Shown one piece after another: positions 12,518-25,642 of a stretch of 64,000 nt of DNA (position 1 is its first letter; each line of letters starts with the position of its first letter). The DNA comes from Raillietiella orientalis (lineage: Eukaryota). A model generated the notes under the pieces. That model was given only the letters and a program-made list of their open reading frames with translations, made no database searches and was not told the origin of the DNA. The DNA is taken from the NCBI GenBank assembly GCA_036172245.1, contig JAYWIR010000052.1, forward strand, positions 248,001 through 312,000, in the 5' to 3' direction. Position numbers and translations under genes: made by a program.

Positions 12518-15500
12518 ATGATCGCCAGAAGAGAAGAATGGACATTGTTGTGTATCGTTGTCTTCGCGAAATCCTTTCTGTCTGGAGGTGCTGGACCGTC
12601 TTCCTCCAACCATATCGTCCGGGAGTTTTCCGACGAAGTCGGCACCGAGCAGTTCAACCACCTGGCCATCGACAACGTGACTGGCGACCTGTACATCGGC
12701 GCGGTCAACCGCATTTACCACCTGAATGCAGACCTGGAGTTGAGGACGACCGGAGTCACCGGCCCCAAGGAAGACAGCCCGGACTGCAGCTCCCCGTACA
12801 ACGCCAACTGCCTGCCGTCCGCCGTGCGGCAGTCCACTGACAACGTCAACAAAGTGCTGCTGATCGACAAAAGTCGAAACCGTTTGGTGGAGTGCGGGAG
12901 CGTCTCCCAGGGCACGTGCCGCCTGCGTCCTCTGGACAACGTAGCCCTGGAGCACCAAGCCACCAACGAGGTCGTGGTGGCCAACAACGCCACCGCGTCC
13001 ACCGTTGCCTTCTTGGCTCCCGGCCCCGCCCCGGAAGAGCCGCTGGTGATGTACATCGGAGTGACGTACACCGGCAACGACGCGTACCGGTCCAACGTGC
13101 CGGCGGTCGCCAGCCGTTCCCTGAACGAGGAGAACCTCTTCAAAGTGATCCGCATCTCCGTGACCACGGCCACGCGGATGCTGCTGAACTCGTACTCGCG
13201 CGGCCGGTACCCTATACGATACGTGTACGGCTTCAGCTCGCAGGGTTTCTCGTACTTCCTGACCAACCAGCTGCGCGACGACCACGCCAATTCGGACCTC
13301 ATCTCCAAGTTGGTGCGCGTCTGCCAGAAAGACTGGGACTACTACTCGTACACGGAGATCCCGCTGCAGTGCTCCGGACGCAACGGCACGTCGTACAACC
13401 TGGTGCGGGCCGCGTACCTCGGCCGCCCATCCCTGTCCCTTGCCCGCATCCTCAATGTGCAGGTGGACAGCGACGTGCTGTACGCCCTGTTCGCCACCAA
13501 CCGCTCCGGCGACGACGACCTCTTCCGCGCGGGGCGCCGTTCCGCGCTCTGCGTGTACTCCCTCAAGGCGGTGCGTGCCAAATTCACGGAAAACATTCGC
13601 CAGTGCTACGCAGGAAGAGGGCAGCGAGGACTGCCCTTCATCTCGCCCAGCATGAAGTGCACCGAGACGGTAAGCTTCCCGAGCGGGGGGGGGGGGAGGG
13701 CGAGTGCCTGAGAGGCAGGCAGGCAGGCAGGGTCTCCTCCTGCCCTGGAGACCCTGCCCGCCCTGCAGCCCGTCGGAAGTTCCGGCGCGCGCATCCCTGC
13801 GCCCCCGACTCATCCCGGATGGTGCGCGCGCCGCCGTCTCGTCGAGAGCAGGAAGGCGTCTCTGCCAGCTCCGTCGCGGCATTCCTCTCTCCGAAGGGGG
13901 GGACGAGGGGAACGGAAAGCGCGGCCAGCGGAGGTTTTCCTCCTCGGCGACCTCGCTTAATCCCGGGAGGGACGCCTTTCCGCAAAGGCGGGAACGGGGT
14001 GGTGTGCGTCTTTTCTGCTGGTCTCCGCGCCTGCGCCGTGTTGGCGCGGCGGGGCCCTGCAGCCGTACCTTGCTCGGCTCCTCCATTTTTAGGACGAGGG
14101 GAACGGTGGGAGGGGGGGGGGGGCTCTGCCTGCATCCCCGAGCGTTCGGCGGGTTCTCGGGAAGCCGGGAAACCGCCCCGTTCCAGCTTCCCCGGCGATG
14201 GTGATGGGAGACAAAAGAGTTTTCCCGCGGAAAGTTCGCTGCGGCGTACTCGACGTGCTGCGCGATAGGATAGCGCCGTCTTCTTTTCCGATGCCTTTCA
14301 GGCCGTCTTTTTTTCTTGCATCATTCCTCTTCCGGGATGATCATCCGCCGGCAGCAGGGGAGAACGCACGCGAGATTGGTCGCGTGGCTTTTCACTTTTG
14401 TTTCGGTGGCATACGTCGATTTCGACGGCCCCCCTTTTGCCGTGAACTGCACGCAGCAGCGGGCGGTGGCTTCGCGGCCTTTTTCTCGTCTTCTCGACGA
14501 CCATCAATGATGACCGTCGTCGCAACGGCAACGGTGGCGTTGCGACGACCAGCAGAGTCGCCCTGGCGACCCGCCGCTGGCGCGAGCGCAAGCGAGAGGC
14601 GCGGTGCGTTTTCGAATCGCATCCCGGCCGCGGGATGCTGCTGCTGCTGCTCCCCGCCTGCCTCGCAGCACTTCACTCCGCGCGGGCGCTCTGTGAAGTT
14701 TCCCTCTTGAAGGGCGCGCCATCCTTTTTTTCCGAACGCCCTTTTCGCCTTGAGGTTTGGGAACATCGCCGCCGCCTCTTGCCCGCGCGCTGCCACTCAA
14801 AGAGTGTCCGGCGGTCAGCATTCCGGCGCGAGCTGCTCTTTTTGCACGCGCACCTTTCGGGCGCTCATTTCAAACCTCGCGGTGTCTTTCTTTTTTTTTT
14901 TTTTCTTTTCCTCCTTTCGTTAGCCGTCCGTTTTGCATTTTCGCCGCCGGGGTTGACCATCGGCGAGGAAGGAAAGGAGTGTGGAAGGAAAAAGTGGAAC
15001 GGAAAAAAAAAAAAGATGGAGGAGCAGGAAACCGCTAAAATTTCGCGCCGGGTAAACGGAGACGGAGGTCCACGCGTTGGGTTCGCTCGTCTTCTTCCTC
15101 GCTTCGATCTCTGGAGGCCATTTCGGTCCGAGGGGAAGAAGACCTTACCCCGTGCCCGCGGACGTGGTCGAGTCGGATGGCAGGTAAAGTGGCCGTCGGC
15201 CATTCGTGAACTTCCATCCTGCTGGCGGATCGGGGATGGAGGATTCTTCCTGCTTTCCGGGATCCTCGCTGAGTCTATGAGCACCCAGGTTAGTCACCCT
15301 GATGTTGGTGGGGTGAGGGGGAGTGGCGGGGAAAACAAGGGACAGAATCGACGGAACCGGAAACGCGTCGAAGGCGTGCGTCGGTTTCCCCGTATTTCTC
15401 GGCAAAAAAGATGGAGCGGACGGGGGTGCTGCCTGCTTGAGGGCGTTTTCAAGCCGAATCTTCCTTCTTCCGCCGCACCCCCTTCCCCTCCGGGCTGGGC

Positions 15501-17239
15501 TGGGGTAGCTGGCTTTCCGCGCGTTCGGAATTCGGCGTGTCCTTCTTGACACGGTCCGACGTGTTCGCGTGTTCGGCGGAGCACAATGGCCCGCGTGCGA
15601 AAAAAGGATGGGATGGCTCGCGCATTCCGCTTGCAGCGTGCCCGTTCGAAACGTCGCTCCTGGAAACCCACGAGGCAGCCCGGAGACCGTGGCACCTCAC
15701 CTGCCACGCTCGATGACGTCATCGTTCCTTCCCGGAAAGCCGTTCGACTGATCCATCCCTGCGCGCGCGCTTGCCCCGTAGGCAGGGGTGGCTTCACTTG
15801 CCGACGTTGCTTCCGCGTGCAATCTGCTTTAGGGAACGGCATTTCCTGGGTCACTTCCGGTGTGACGACTTTCCTTCACTCCCTCCCCCTTCCTCCGTCC
15901 TCAAGTGCAAGGCTTCTTTCCGTGTGTTTGGCGTCGTTGCGCTTTGGGCTGCTGCTGCTGCTGCTGCTGGCGAGCTCTCCCCGTAAGGAACGTTGCATCA
16001 CGCAGAGCTGACCTCCTCGCCGTAATTGCAAATCCCATCGGCATCGAGGTGCCCCGAAGGCATGCACTTTCACGACTTTTTGGCGACGTTGTTCGTGAAA
16101 TTTCATCTCACGATCCACAGAGGAGGAGAAGGATTCTCCACGTCCGTCGTATGGAAAGCGGCCGTGTGCGTTTGGGGGTTGCTTCAGCACTTTGGAACGT
16201 GCGCGGTGGCTTCAGACGCGAGGCGCCCACCCTTTAGGCAGAAGAAATCCACCTCGGTGATTTCGTGCGCGTTGCATAATCGTTTCTTTTGCGGCCGGGG
16301 CGGACGGCCGAGCCTTTCCGGTTGTGTGCGCGGCGGATCTCCGCGTCTCCTTGGAAACCGGGCAGCGACCGCAGCACCCGGTTCGTTTCCCGGTCAGCCT
16401 TCCCGCCTCCTCTTCCTCCTCACCCTTTCTGGAATTGGGATCCTTTGGTCCCGTACGCACGCCAGCCTCCCATTCGTACTTGCGCACCCTTTCTCCCCCC
16501 CTTTCCCCCCCTTTCTTCCTTCTTGTCCTTCCAGTCGAACAACGATCCGGTTCGATTTTTCTCCCGTGTGCGCGCTTCATCGGCTTTCGAAGCGCCGTAT
16601 TTCAGCTGCGTTCAGTTTTCACTTTCCGTCCCTTCATCCCCCTGGCAAAAAAAAAAAAAAAAAAAAAAAAGGATCCGTAATGTATCCACCATTTTGGCAT
16701 CGGCTGCTGCGCTGTCTCTTTAACGAAGAATCTGCGGCTCTGCGTCGTATGGTACAGACGCGGATGCAACCACGCGAGTGCCCTCTCGCGTCGGTTAAGC
16801 GAACCGCCTTTCCACCGTCGGCCAGCGGCCCTCTTCCCAATGCGTGTGCTCTTTGAAGTGCCTCACCCGCGCGCGCGCGCACGCAAATTATCGTCTTAAA
16901 ACGGACACTCCCCCCCGCCCCCCTTCTTCTTCTTCCGCTCCCCTTCCTGGAATGCTCCTGCGCTTGCAGGTGCTCAAGGGCCGAGTCATTCCGCTCCGCA
17001 GGTCAGGCAGGACAGTTCTTTTCCGAGGAGCCGTGCGCTCCCACATTCGAGGATGATAAAAAGAATTCGGCGAGCCCACTTTGATTCCCCCCCCCCCTCC
17101 TCCGTCCAGACACACGCTGGGCCCCCTCTGCTATTTATCTGCTTTCGGTATGGTTGATTGGTTTTTTTCTTTTTCCTGCGTGTGTTTCTTCCTACGGTCA
17201 TGCGATGTAAATAACCACGTAGTCAAAATGTCCTCATTC

Positions 17240-17281
<42 letters not shown>

Positions 17282-20200
17282 TGCTGAGGCTTTTCGGAAT
17301 TTTTCTTTTTTTTTTTTCCCTCCTCCTCTGTGCGACTTCTTTTGCGCTTTCTCGCCCGCCGGCCGCCGCCGCCTCTTAGGTGCGCCTTCCGCAGTGGCGG
17401 TGGCGGTCGACGGAGGGACTTTTCCCGTTGGACTTCCGCAAGAAGATTCTGGAAGCGGGTGGACGGGGGGCCCCCGTGCCCGCGCGGAGGCGAGGTCGTT
17501 CTTGCGAACGCACGTGCTTCGTGGTGCCGGAAAAAGGCAACGGCCCAACGGTTCTTCGTGACTTATTTTTCGGACGCTTTCAATTATCGTCCGTAATTTG
17601 TTATCATTACAAAATGGAAGCTGCGTTTTCGTCATCTCGCGACTCCGTCGACGCGGACTTCCGATTGCCGTAATAAAGTGCGCAGTAAAGTCGTAAACAT
17701 CGGATCCGAAGTGTCGATCCCTCGGAGCAGCATCCGGAGATCGGATGATGCTTCGGAATCCACCGAACTGGGCCTGGCTGCAGACGTGTCAGGAATGCAA
17801 GGAATTTCTTTCTCCGGAACTTGAAAATTCGGTTTTTTTTTTTTTTTTTCTGTGTCTGTGTGTGTGTGTGTGTTGTTTTTTCTTTTTTCTTCTCCCCTCC
17901 CCCCTTCTTCCTCCTCCTCCTCTGCTGCTGCTGCTGCCGCCCTGGTTCGTCGTTACGAAGCTTATTGATTATCTCAGCGCCATCATCCTTTCGGAGGGAT
18001 GGGTGCGCCCCAATAGCTTTATAAATTCGCGAGCGCAGCATCCGGGGGGGGGGGGGGGAAGGGATCTTTGATCCCGAGCGTGTCGGAGTGGCATAACGCG
18101 TTTGCCTCATTCGTCTTGAAGGCCGAAGAATGCAGCCGGCGAGGATTTCTCACCCCTCCTCCGGTACATGGCAGCGTCGGATGTCACGGCAGATCAATGG
18201 GTTTGCGAACATCTTGAGGGATGCCGAGGCGCGTACTCGGAATTCCTTCTGCACGTTTCCTTCGGCGGGTCTTCCGAGCGAATACCGGAACGCCGGCGCT
18301 TCCCCCGGGTTCCCTGAACCACTGCATCCCCCTCTTCCCCCTCCTCCTGCTGTGCCGTTGCCCCGCGGAAGCTTCACTTTGTCCCGAATCGGGAACCTCC
18401 GCGTTTGCCTATGCATCGTCGGAGATGCCCGTCCTCCCCCCCCCCCTCCGCGCCCCGGGCGTACCCGGGTGTAAACCCCCCGCGTTCCGGACCCGAAAAG
18501 AGCTCGCGTCACGTTCCTCTTCCGGGATGGGGAACGCCCGCGCCTACGGTCATGCGGGGGCAAAGGGTGAAGGAGCCTTCGCCGGCCTTCCGTTCCCGGG
18601 GACGAGTCCTCCGTCGGCCAGAGGGACGTTTCCCGGGAACCGCTCGGTTGCTGGGCGGTGTCGCCACCCTGGGAGTCGGCGTGGGCGCTGCTTCCTTCGG
18701 TCGCCGGCTGTACTGCTGCAGCCTGCTATCGGGAGGGAACGGGGAGGGAGCCTTGGAAACGCTCCCAAACGATAAAGCGTTTTTATCATTTTCCAAACGT
18801 CGCTTCCGAGGGGGAGTGTGGGGGGGGGGGGAAATCGTTGGCCCTCCTCGCTCGCCCAATCAGAAAGCGTTCGTCCGTTGCGCGTTTTAAAAATCATCTG
18901 TCAGCAATGATCGTCACTGACGTTTTTGCTATCCTTGAACCCGGAGTGGTTTGCTTGTTTTCTTTTTTTTTTTTTTCTGCTTTTGCATTCATTCTTCCCG
19001 GTGAGAGAAGGGAGGGGGGAAGGGGGGGGGGGGGGAAGAAAGAGGAGCTTTCGGAAAACCCTTTCGCAGGCCGTGGATGCGTCTTGGAGCCGAAGTTCGT
19101 TTTCCCGGAGAATCAAAAGCGTGTACGAGGAGTAGAAACGATCTTACATAAGACGTACGTGTTATTGGTACGTGCGAGTTCGGGCGCATTGACTCCTCCC
19201 TGAGATGGGAGAGGCATAATTAGATCGTATTAAAGGGAAATCGCTCTTCGATTATTTTCTCCGATATTGGACGACCCGAAGGAAAAGGAGAAGAGCAATG
19301 ACAAGAGCGGAATCGCTGTTGAATTCTGAACGCGGAACGGCGTCTCCAAGGAAACTCTCGGATTAAAGGATCGCGGCTGCATTTTGATTTCGGCAATAAT
19401 TTATTCTCTATTAGCATTTTCCTGACAAAGCAGATGGGTAGTTAATATGAGCTTGCGACTTGGTGGGGAGGAGGTGTGGGGCGGGATGGGGGGGGGGGGG
19501 ACGAAATAAAATAAAACCTCGTCCGTGACGTAACAGGCGGAACGGTGAACTTCCCCCATCAGGAAGTTTGGGGAATTTCAATGTGAGAAAAGTCTTCAAA
19601 AAGGAGGCTTTCGGAGTCTTTCACCCGGCTGTGCGCCAGAACCCCCCGCCCTGTGCCCGTTGGCGCCCGAACCGGGCCGTCCCGATGCGCGTGGGTGGGT
19701 GTTTTGCGGAGGATGTCCCAACCGATGCCTCGCTGGCGGGGCGCTGGGCGTAGCTCGCGCGCGTCGAAAACTGGCGAGGACTCGGATGCTCCTCCGGAAG
19801 CTGTGCTCGAGCAGAGAGCAGCGCGCACCCCATTCCCGGAAGCGCTGCTTCCCGTCGGCGCCGTGCGATCCCTCGTCCCTCCCGCTCGCCGAAAACAGCA
19901 GCTACGCTTCGTGTCGTGCGTCCAGGGGGCGGGGGGGGGGGGAGGGCATTTGCGTGAACTTCGGGGTATGGATGAAAAAAAGGCAAGGCCTCGCCCCCAC
20001 CTCACCCCCCTTTTTTCCTTCTTCTTCCAGAAAATTCAAATCAATGATTCGTTTTGCGGGATGGAAGTCAACACTCCATTCGGAGGAGAGATCCCCGTGC
20101 ATTCGGTGGCCGTTCTGGAATGGAATGCTTTGCTGACGTCGATCGCCGTCACGTCGATATCGCAGTACAACGTCGCCTTCCTCGGAACAGACGATGGCTA

Positions 20201-23200
20201 CCTTAAGAAAGTGGTCATCGAATCCAACGATGCGGGGCAGGAATATGCCAACCTGCTGATCGACGAAGGCTCCCCGGTCAACGCAGATATGCTTTTCGAC
20301 CTTCCCCAGAAGCACATATACGTCATGACGACAAAAAAGGTATGTGTGTGACCCCGCGCAAGCGTTCTCATGTGGTTGCGAACCGCTCCCCCATAGATCA
20401 GCAAGGTCAAAGTTGAGGATTGTTCCATTCACAAGACGTGCAGCAGTTGTCTCGGAACTCTGGATCCGTACTGCGGATGGTGCTCTCTTCAGAACAGGTT
20501 GGGGGGGGGGGGGAGGGGGGAAACAACCCCAAAACGCCACGTTTCGCATTCGGGCTTGCAGGTGTACCTTGTTGGAAGTGTGCCACAACACGTTGGAGGA
20601 CCCCCTGTCTTGGGTTTCGTACAAGACCCAGCGTTGTCCGAACATTACGTCCATCAAGCCGGAAAGCCTGCAGTACACCACGGCGCGAACGGTGAGCAGG
20701 CCGTTCCGGTTGGGCAGGCCCTCACAGGGTGCGTGTGTGTGTGTGCGCGTGCGGCCCGTAGCTGGAGATGGGAGTGGACAATCTCCCCAACAAGCTGAGC
20801 GGGCAGTTCCAGTGCATCTTCAGCAATCCCGGCGCCAGCTCGCTCACCACGGATGCGCGGCGGTTCGAAAGCTCTCCCTCCAGCAGCAGCATATCCTGCC
20901 CCACCCCGCGCACGGATCTGCTGCCCGCCATGCAACCCGGCCAACGTGCGTAGCCGAAACGTCAGTGCTGTTCCCCACCATCTCATCTCCGTCCCGCAGA
21001 CCACTTCACCACGGTGCTGTCCATCCGCATCAAAGATGGTAACGACCTGGTGGCCACCAACTTCACCTTTTTCGACTGCAACACCTACGCGTCGTGCACG
21101 CAGTGCGTCAACAGCCCGTTCCCGTGCATTTGGTGCGTGGAGGACCACCGGTGCAACCACGGCACCACGGAGAACTGCCGCAACGAATTGTACATCAACG
21201 GCATCAACGTGAGCCCCGCGCGCGCATTTATCGGCCGGCAGCTGTCGGAATGTTCCAGAACGATCGCCCGAGCCTGCGTAGCGGACCGCTGTTCTGCCCC
21301 AGGATCGAGCAGCAGAGGCGGGAGGATTCGAACGAGCTGCTGGTGGCCGCGGGCTCGCACAGGAACATCAGCGTCCACGTGGACAGCATCGGCAACATCA
21401 AGGTAGGACGCTCACGGCCCACGCACCTTTTATCAAAGGAGTAGCAGCAGCTTAGTCAGATGAGATTTGTGTGTCAGTTCAACATCGAGGGCCGGGTGCG
21501 GCAGGTCAAGGCGCTGCTGCTGGAGAGCGACATATACTGCCAGGAGGTGGAGTTCAGCTACAGCTCCCCGGCGCCGAACGTCACCGCATCCTTCGCCGTG
21601 ATCTGGGACGGCTCCAAGCCGCTCGACAACCCGCACAACATCCACATTGTGGTGTACCGCTGCCAGCAGATGGCGGACAGCTGCGGCCTGTGCCTGGCCC
21701 TTCCCGCCAAGTACGGCTGCGGCTGGTGCCAGTCCTCGTCCCTGTGCAAAGTGAAGGAACAGTGCGAGCAAGGGATGTGGCTCAACCAGTCCCAGATCTG
21801 CCCCAATCCGGAAATCATCGGATTTGAACCCAAGTCCGGACCCTGGGAAGGGGGAACCAACGTGACCATCTACGGGATCAACCTGGGCAAAACCTTCCAA
21901 GACATCTACGGGGGCATCCTGGTTGCTGCCATTTCGTGCTCCCCCTTCGAGGAAACCTACGTCCAGACCCAGCAAGTGACTTGCAAGCTAAACAGTCCGG
22001 GAGAGCCGATTAGCAGAAAGGGACCAGTGGTAGTAAAAATAGGGGACTATCGTGGGGAATCCAGAGAAAGCTTCACTTTCGTAAATCCGATTCTGGAGTC
22101 TGTCCATCCTGCCTTCGGACCGCAGTCGGGAGGAACCAAAGTGACCATCAGAGGAAGGTTCATGGACGCCGGGAATTTCGTGTCGGCCTCCATCCACACT
22201 CAGAAGTTCAACGACCATCTTCCCTGCGAAATCGTCAGGTGAGTGCTCAGCGCGCGCCCTCTCCCCCCCCCCCCATGTACTTCGTACCGGGAAAATACCG
22301 TACCGTAGCCGAAGCCGGTCCGAGGCGCAGTGCATAACCTCCGCCTCCCCCCACCTGGATTTGGGCAAACTGCACATGCAGTTCGATAACGGGCCGCGTT
22401 CTCTGAACCGCACGCTCTTCGAATACAAAGTGGATCCTGTAATCTCCGAGCTGGAATCGGGCCCGGCGGGGCAACCCAGGGTCCCGAAAGGTATTCCTGC
22501 AGGAGGCATCAAGATAGCCGTCACGGGGTTCCACTTTTTGACGGTCCAGGACCCGCGCATCTACGTGCAGTATCACAACAGGACCTTCGAGAACGTGAGT
22601 ACTCGCCCGGGGCGCGCGAGGCTCATCACCCGTCCTGGCAGCCGTGCCAAGTCATAGACGACTCCAGGATGACCTGCTTGTCCCCTGCGATCGACGTGCA
22701 CCCGGACGAGTTCCTGGATGCCGACAACCCTCCCAGCTTGGACTACGGGTTCCTTCTGGACGCGGTGCCCAGCGTCCGCAACTTGAAGTCCAAGGGAGGC
22801 ATGCTGGGTTTCCTGCTGTATCCCAATCCCGTGTTTGACGTGTTCGACAACATCAAGCATTACAAGAGCGATTACCTGACCATCAACGGTCACAACCTGG
22901 ACCGCGCCACGCAGGAGTCGGACGTCACTGTGCGCATCGGCACTCAGTTTTGCAACGTCACTTCGCTGTCCCGTTCGCAGCTGACGTGCCGCCCTCCCGC
23001 AAAGCAGCCCCCTGCGTCGGCGGCGGGCGGGAAGGAAAACTACAATCACCTGCCGGAAGTACAGGTCAGCCCCGGGCGCTTGCCGTGCAGCAGCGGCGGC
23101 ACAGTTTCATTCGTCAGGTCATCGTAGGTGGGAACCTCACGTACCACATCGGCAAGCTGAGCTACAACAACCCCGGGATAGCGGAGAGCCTCCTTCCCAG

Positions 23201-25285
23201 ATCCGCCATCATAGGAGTCATCGCCAGCGGCGCCGTGTTGATCCTGATGGTCATTTTCATCCTGATTGCCTACAAGCGCAAATCCAAGGAAAGCTCCCGC
23301 GTCGTCAAAAACATGAAGGAACAGATGGACGTGTTGGAGCTGAGGGTCGCTGCGGAATGCAAAGAAGGTTGGCCTCCCCCGTCCCGTCCGCCCTCGAGGT
23401 TCTACTTTCGCCCTCCCCCCCCCCCCGTTTTCTTGTTCTTCCAGCGTTTGCGGAGCTTCAGACGGAGATGACCGACCTGACCGGCGACCTGACTTCGGAC
23501 GGGATCCCCTACCTGGATTACAGATCGTACACGATCAAGATCCTGTTCCCGAACATCGAGAACCACCCGGTGCTGCAGCCGGAGTGGCACGAAACCTCCC
23601 TGCACGAGAAGGGCCTCTGCTGCTTCAACCAGCTGCTTCTCAACAAGACCTTCTTGCTTATCTTTATCCGGACTTTGGAAGGCAACCGCTACTTCTGCAT
23701 GCGCGACCGCGTGAACGTCGCTTCCCTGATAATGGTCGCGCTGCAGGGACGTCTGGAGTATTGCACAGACATCCTGAAGACGTTGCTGTCGGAGCTGATC
23801 GAGCGGTACAACGACGGGCGCAACCACCCGAAGCTGCTGCTCCGCAGGACGGAGTACGTCGCGGAGAAGATGCTCTCGGCGTGGTTCGCCTTCATGCTGC
23901 ACAACTTTGTGCGCGGCTGCGCGGGCGAGCCGCTGTACGTGTTGTACCGCGCGATCAAGCAGCAGGTGGAAAAGGGGCCGGTGGACGCCGTCACCGGCGA
24001 GGCCCGTTACTCCCTGAGCGAGGAGAAGCTGGTCCGCCAGTCGGTCAGCTTCGAACGGTTGACCATATACGTATCCATGTCCAAGCAAACACTGTGCGCG
24101 AGCAGAGTCGAACCCCAAAGTGAGGCTGTGGACTCTCCGGTGCGCGTGCTCGACTGTGATACGATTTCTCAGGTGAAAGAGAAAGCGCTCGATGTGATTT
24201 ACCGAAGTACTCCTTTCTCCCAACGCCCGTCGATAGAGGAATTGGATCTTGAGTGGCGTCGGAACGCCTACGACAGACTCGTGCTCTACGACGAGGACAA
24301 TACGTCGAAGGTGGAGGACGGCATGCGCCGCCTCAACACGCTGTCGCACTACAGCGTGCCCGACAACGCCAGCTTCACCCTCATGCCCAAGTCCCACCTG
24401 CAGCAGACGCCCGCGCCGTTCGCCTTCGCGCTGGACCGGACGCTGGATCGCACCCCGCGCTACGAGTCGCTCACCTTCCGCAGTGGGACCCCCCCCCAGT
24501 CCCGCACGATCTCGCCGGTGCACACCGACAACTGCAGCCTGCTCACCTGGCACCTGGTGCGCCACCACGACCAGGACGGGCAGCAGCGCAACGGCGAGCG
24601 CGGCAAGAAGATGATGTCGGAGATCTACCTGACCCGCCTGCTGACCACGAAGCTGCCCCTGCAGAAGTTCGTGGACGACCTGTTCGAGACGATCTTCAGC
24701 ACGACGCACCGCGTGAGCGCCCTCCCCCTGGCCATCAAGTACATGTTCGACTTCCTGGACGACCAGGCGCTGCAGCACGGCATCACCGACTACGAGATCG
24801 TCCACACCTGGAAGTCGAACGCCCTGCCCCTGCGCTTCTGGGTGAACCTCATCAAAAACCCCAACTTCGTGTTCGACATCCACAAGTCGAACATCGTGGA
24901 CGCCTGCCTGTCGGTCATAGCCCAGACCTTCATGGACTCGTGCTCCACGTCGGACCACCGCCTGGGCAAGGACTCCCCCAGCTGCAAGCTCCTCTATGCC
25001 AAAGACATACCCAAGTACCGGGAGTGGGTGGAACGCTACTACCGTGATATCAGTGCCATGCCCTCCATCTCCGACCAGGACATGAACGCCATGCTGGCCG
25101 AGGAGTCGCGCGCGCACGCCAACGACTTCAACTCGAGCGCCGCCATCCTGGAGCTGTACAAATACGCGTGCCGCTACAACGAGCAGATCCAGCTGGCGCT
25201 GGACGAGGACGAGTTCGCCCGCGTCAAGAAACTGCCCACCAAGCTGGAGCTCGTCCACAGTTACATGGGCGCGCCAGTAGTGTGA
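12518..25285 (+). CDS. PlexA: Plexin, class A (semaphorin receptor), about 1940 aa; signal peptide, Sema, PSI and IPT domains, TM helix, split GAP/RBD cytoplasmic region
   Basis: Exons: 12518-13669, 20031-20339, 20397-20497, 20562-20691, 20762-20945, 21000-21208, 21259-21402, 21445-22238, 22309-22594, 22642-23064, 23118-23367, 23445-25285. All introns are GT-AG and frame-consistent (5823 nt). Motifs include [97 protein letters not shown] and KLLYAKDIP. Confidence 0.97.
17242..17278. repeat. (GA)n microsatellite in plexin intron 1, one of many SSRs and homopolymers in 1-30 kb
   Basis: Perfect AG dinucleotide run. Confidence 0.95.
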
Positions 25286-25436
25286 AAAAAGTGTTCCGAA
25301 ATCTAGTCGTCTCTCCTTTTTTTTTCCCTTTCTCTTTTTTTGGTTTTGTTTTTTTTTTTGCAGGGATTACTACTACTACTACTACTGCAACACATTCCCC
25401 TGGACGGCGGCGGCGGCGGTCGGTGTGTCCCCCGCC

Positions 25437-25448
25437 AATAAAAATAAA
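25437..25448 (+). terminator. Tandem AATAAA polyadenylation signals of the plexin gene
   Basis: aataaaaataaa lies about 150 nt after the stop codon and is followed by a T-rich tract. Confidence 0.6.
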
Positions 25449-25642
25449 AAGTTTCCTTCCCTTTTTTTTCTTCTTCTTCTTTTGTGAATGCTCTCCGATT
25501 TCGAAGCTGGAAATATCCTAGCTCATTTATTTTCCATAATTGACCCCGGACATAACATAAAGGAAAAAAAAAAAAGAAGGGGGGTGGGGGGGTGGATGAA
25601 GAAGAAGAATGAGAAAGAGATGTATATATGGTGCGTTCCTTC

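Noticed and set aside
12470..14086. 538-aa minus-strand ORF
   Set aside because: It is the antisense shadow of high-GC3 plexin exon 1.
23402..25258. 618-aa minus-strand ORF
   Set aside because: It is the antisense shadow of the plexin cytoplasmic exon.
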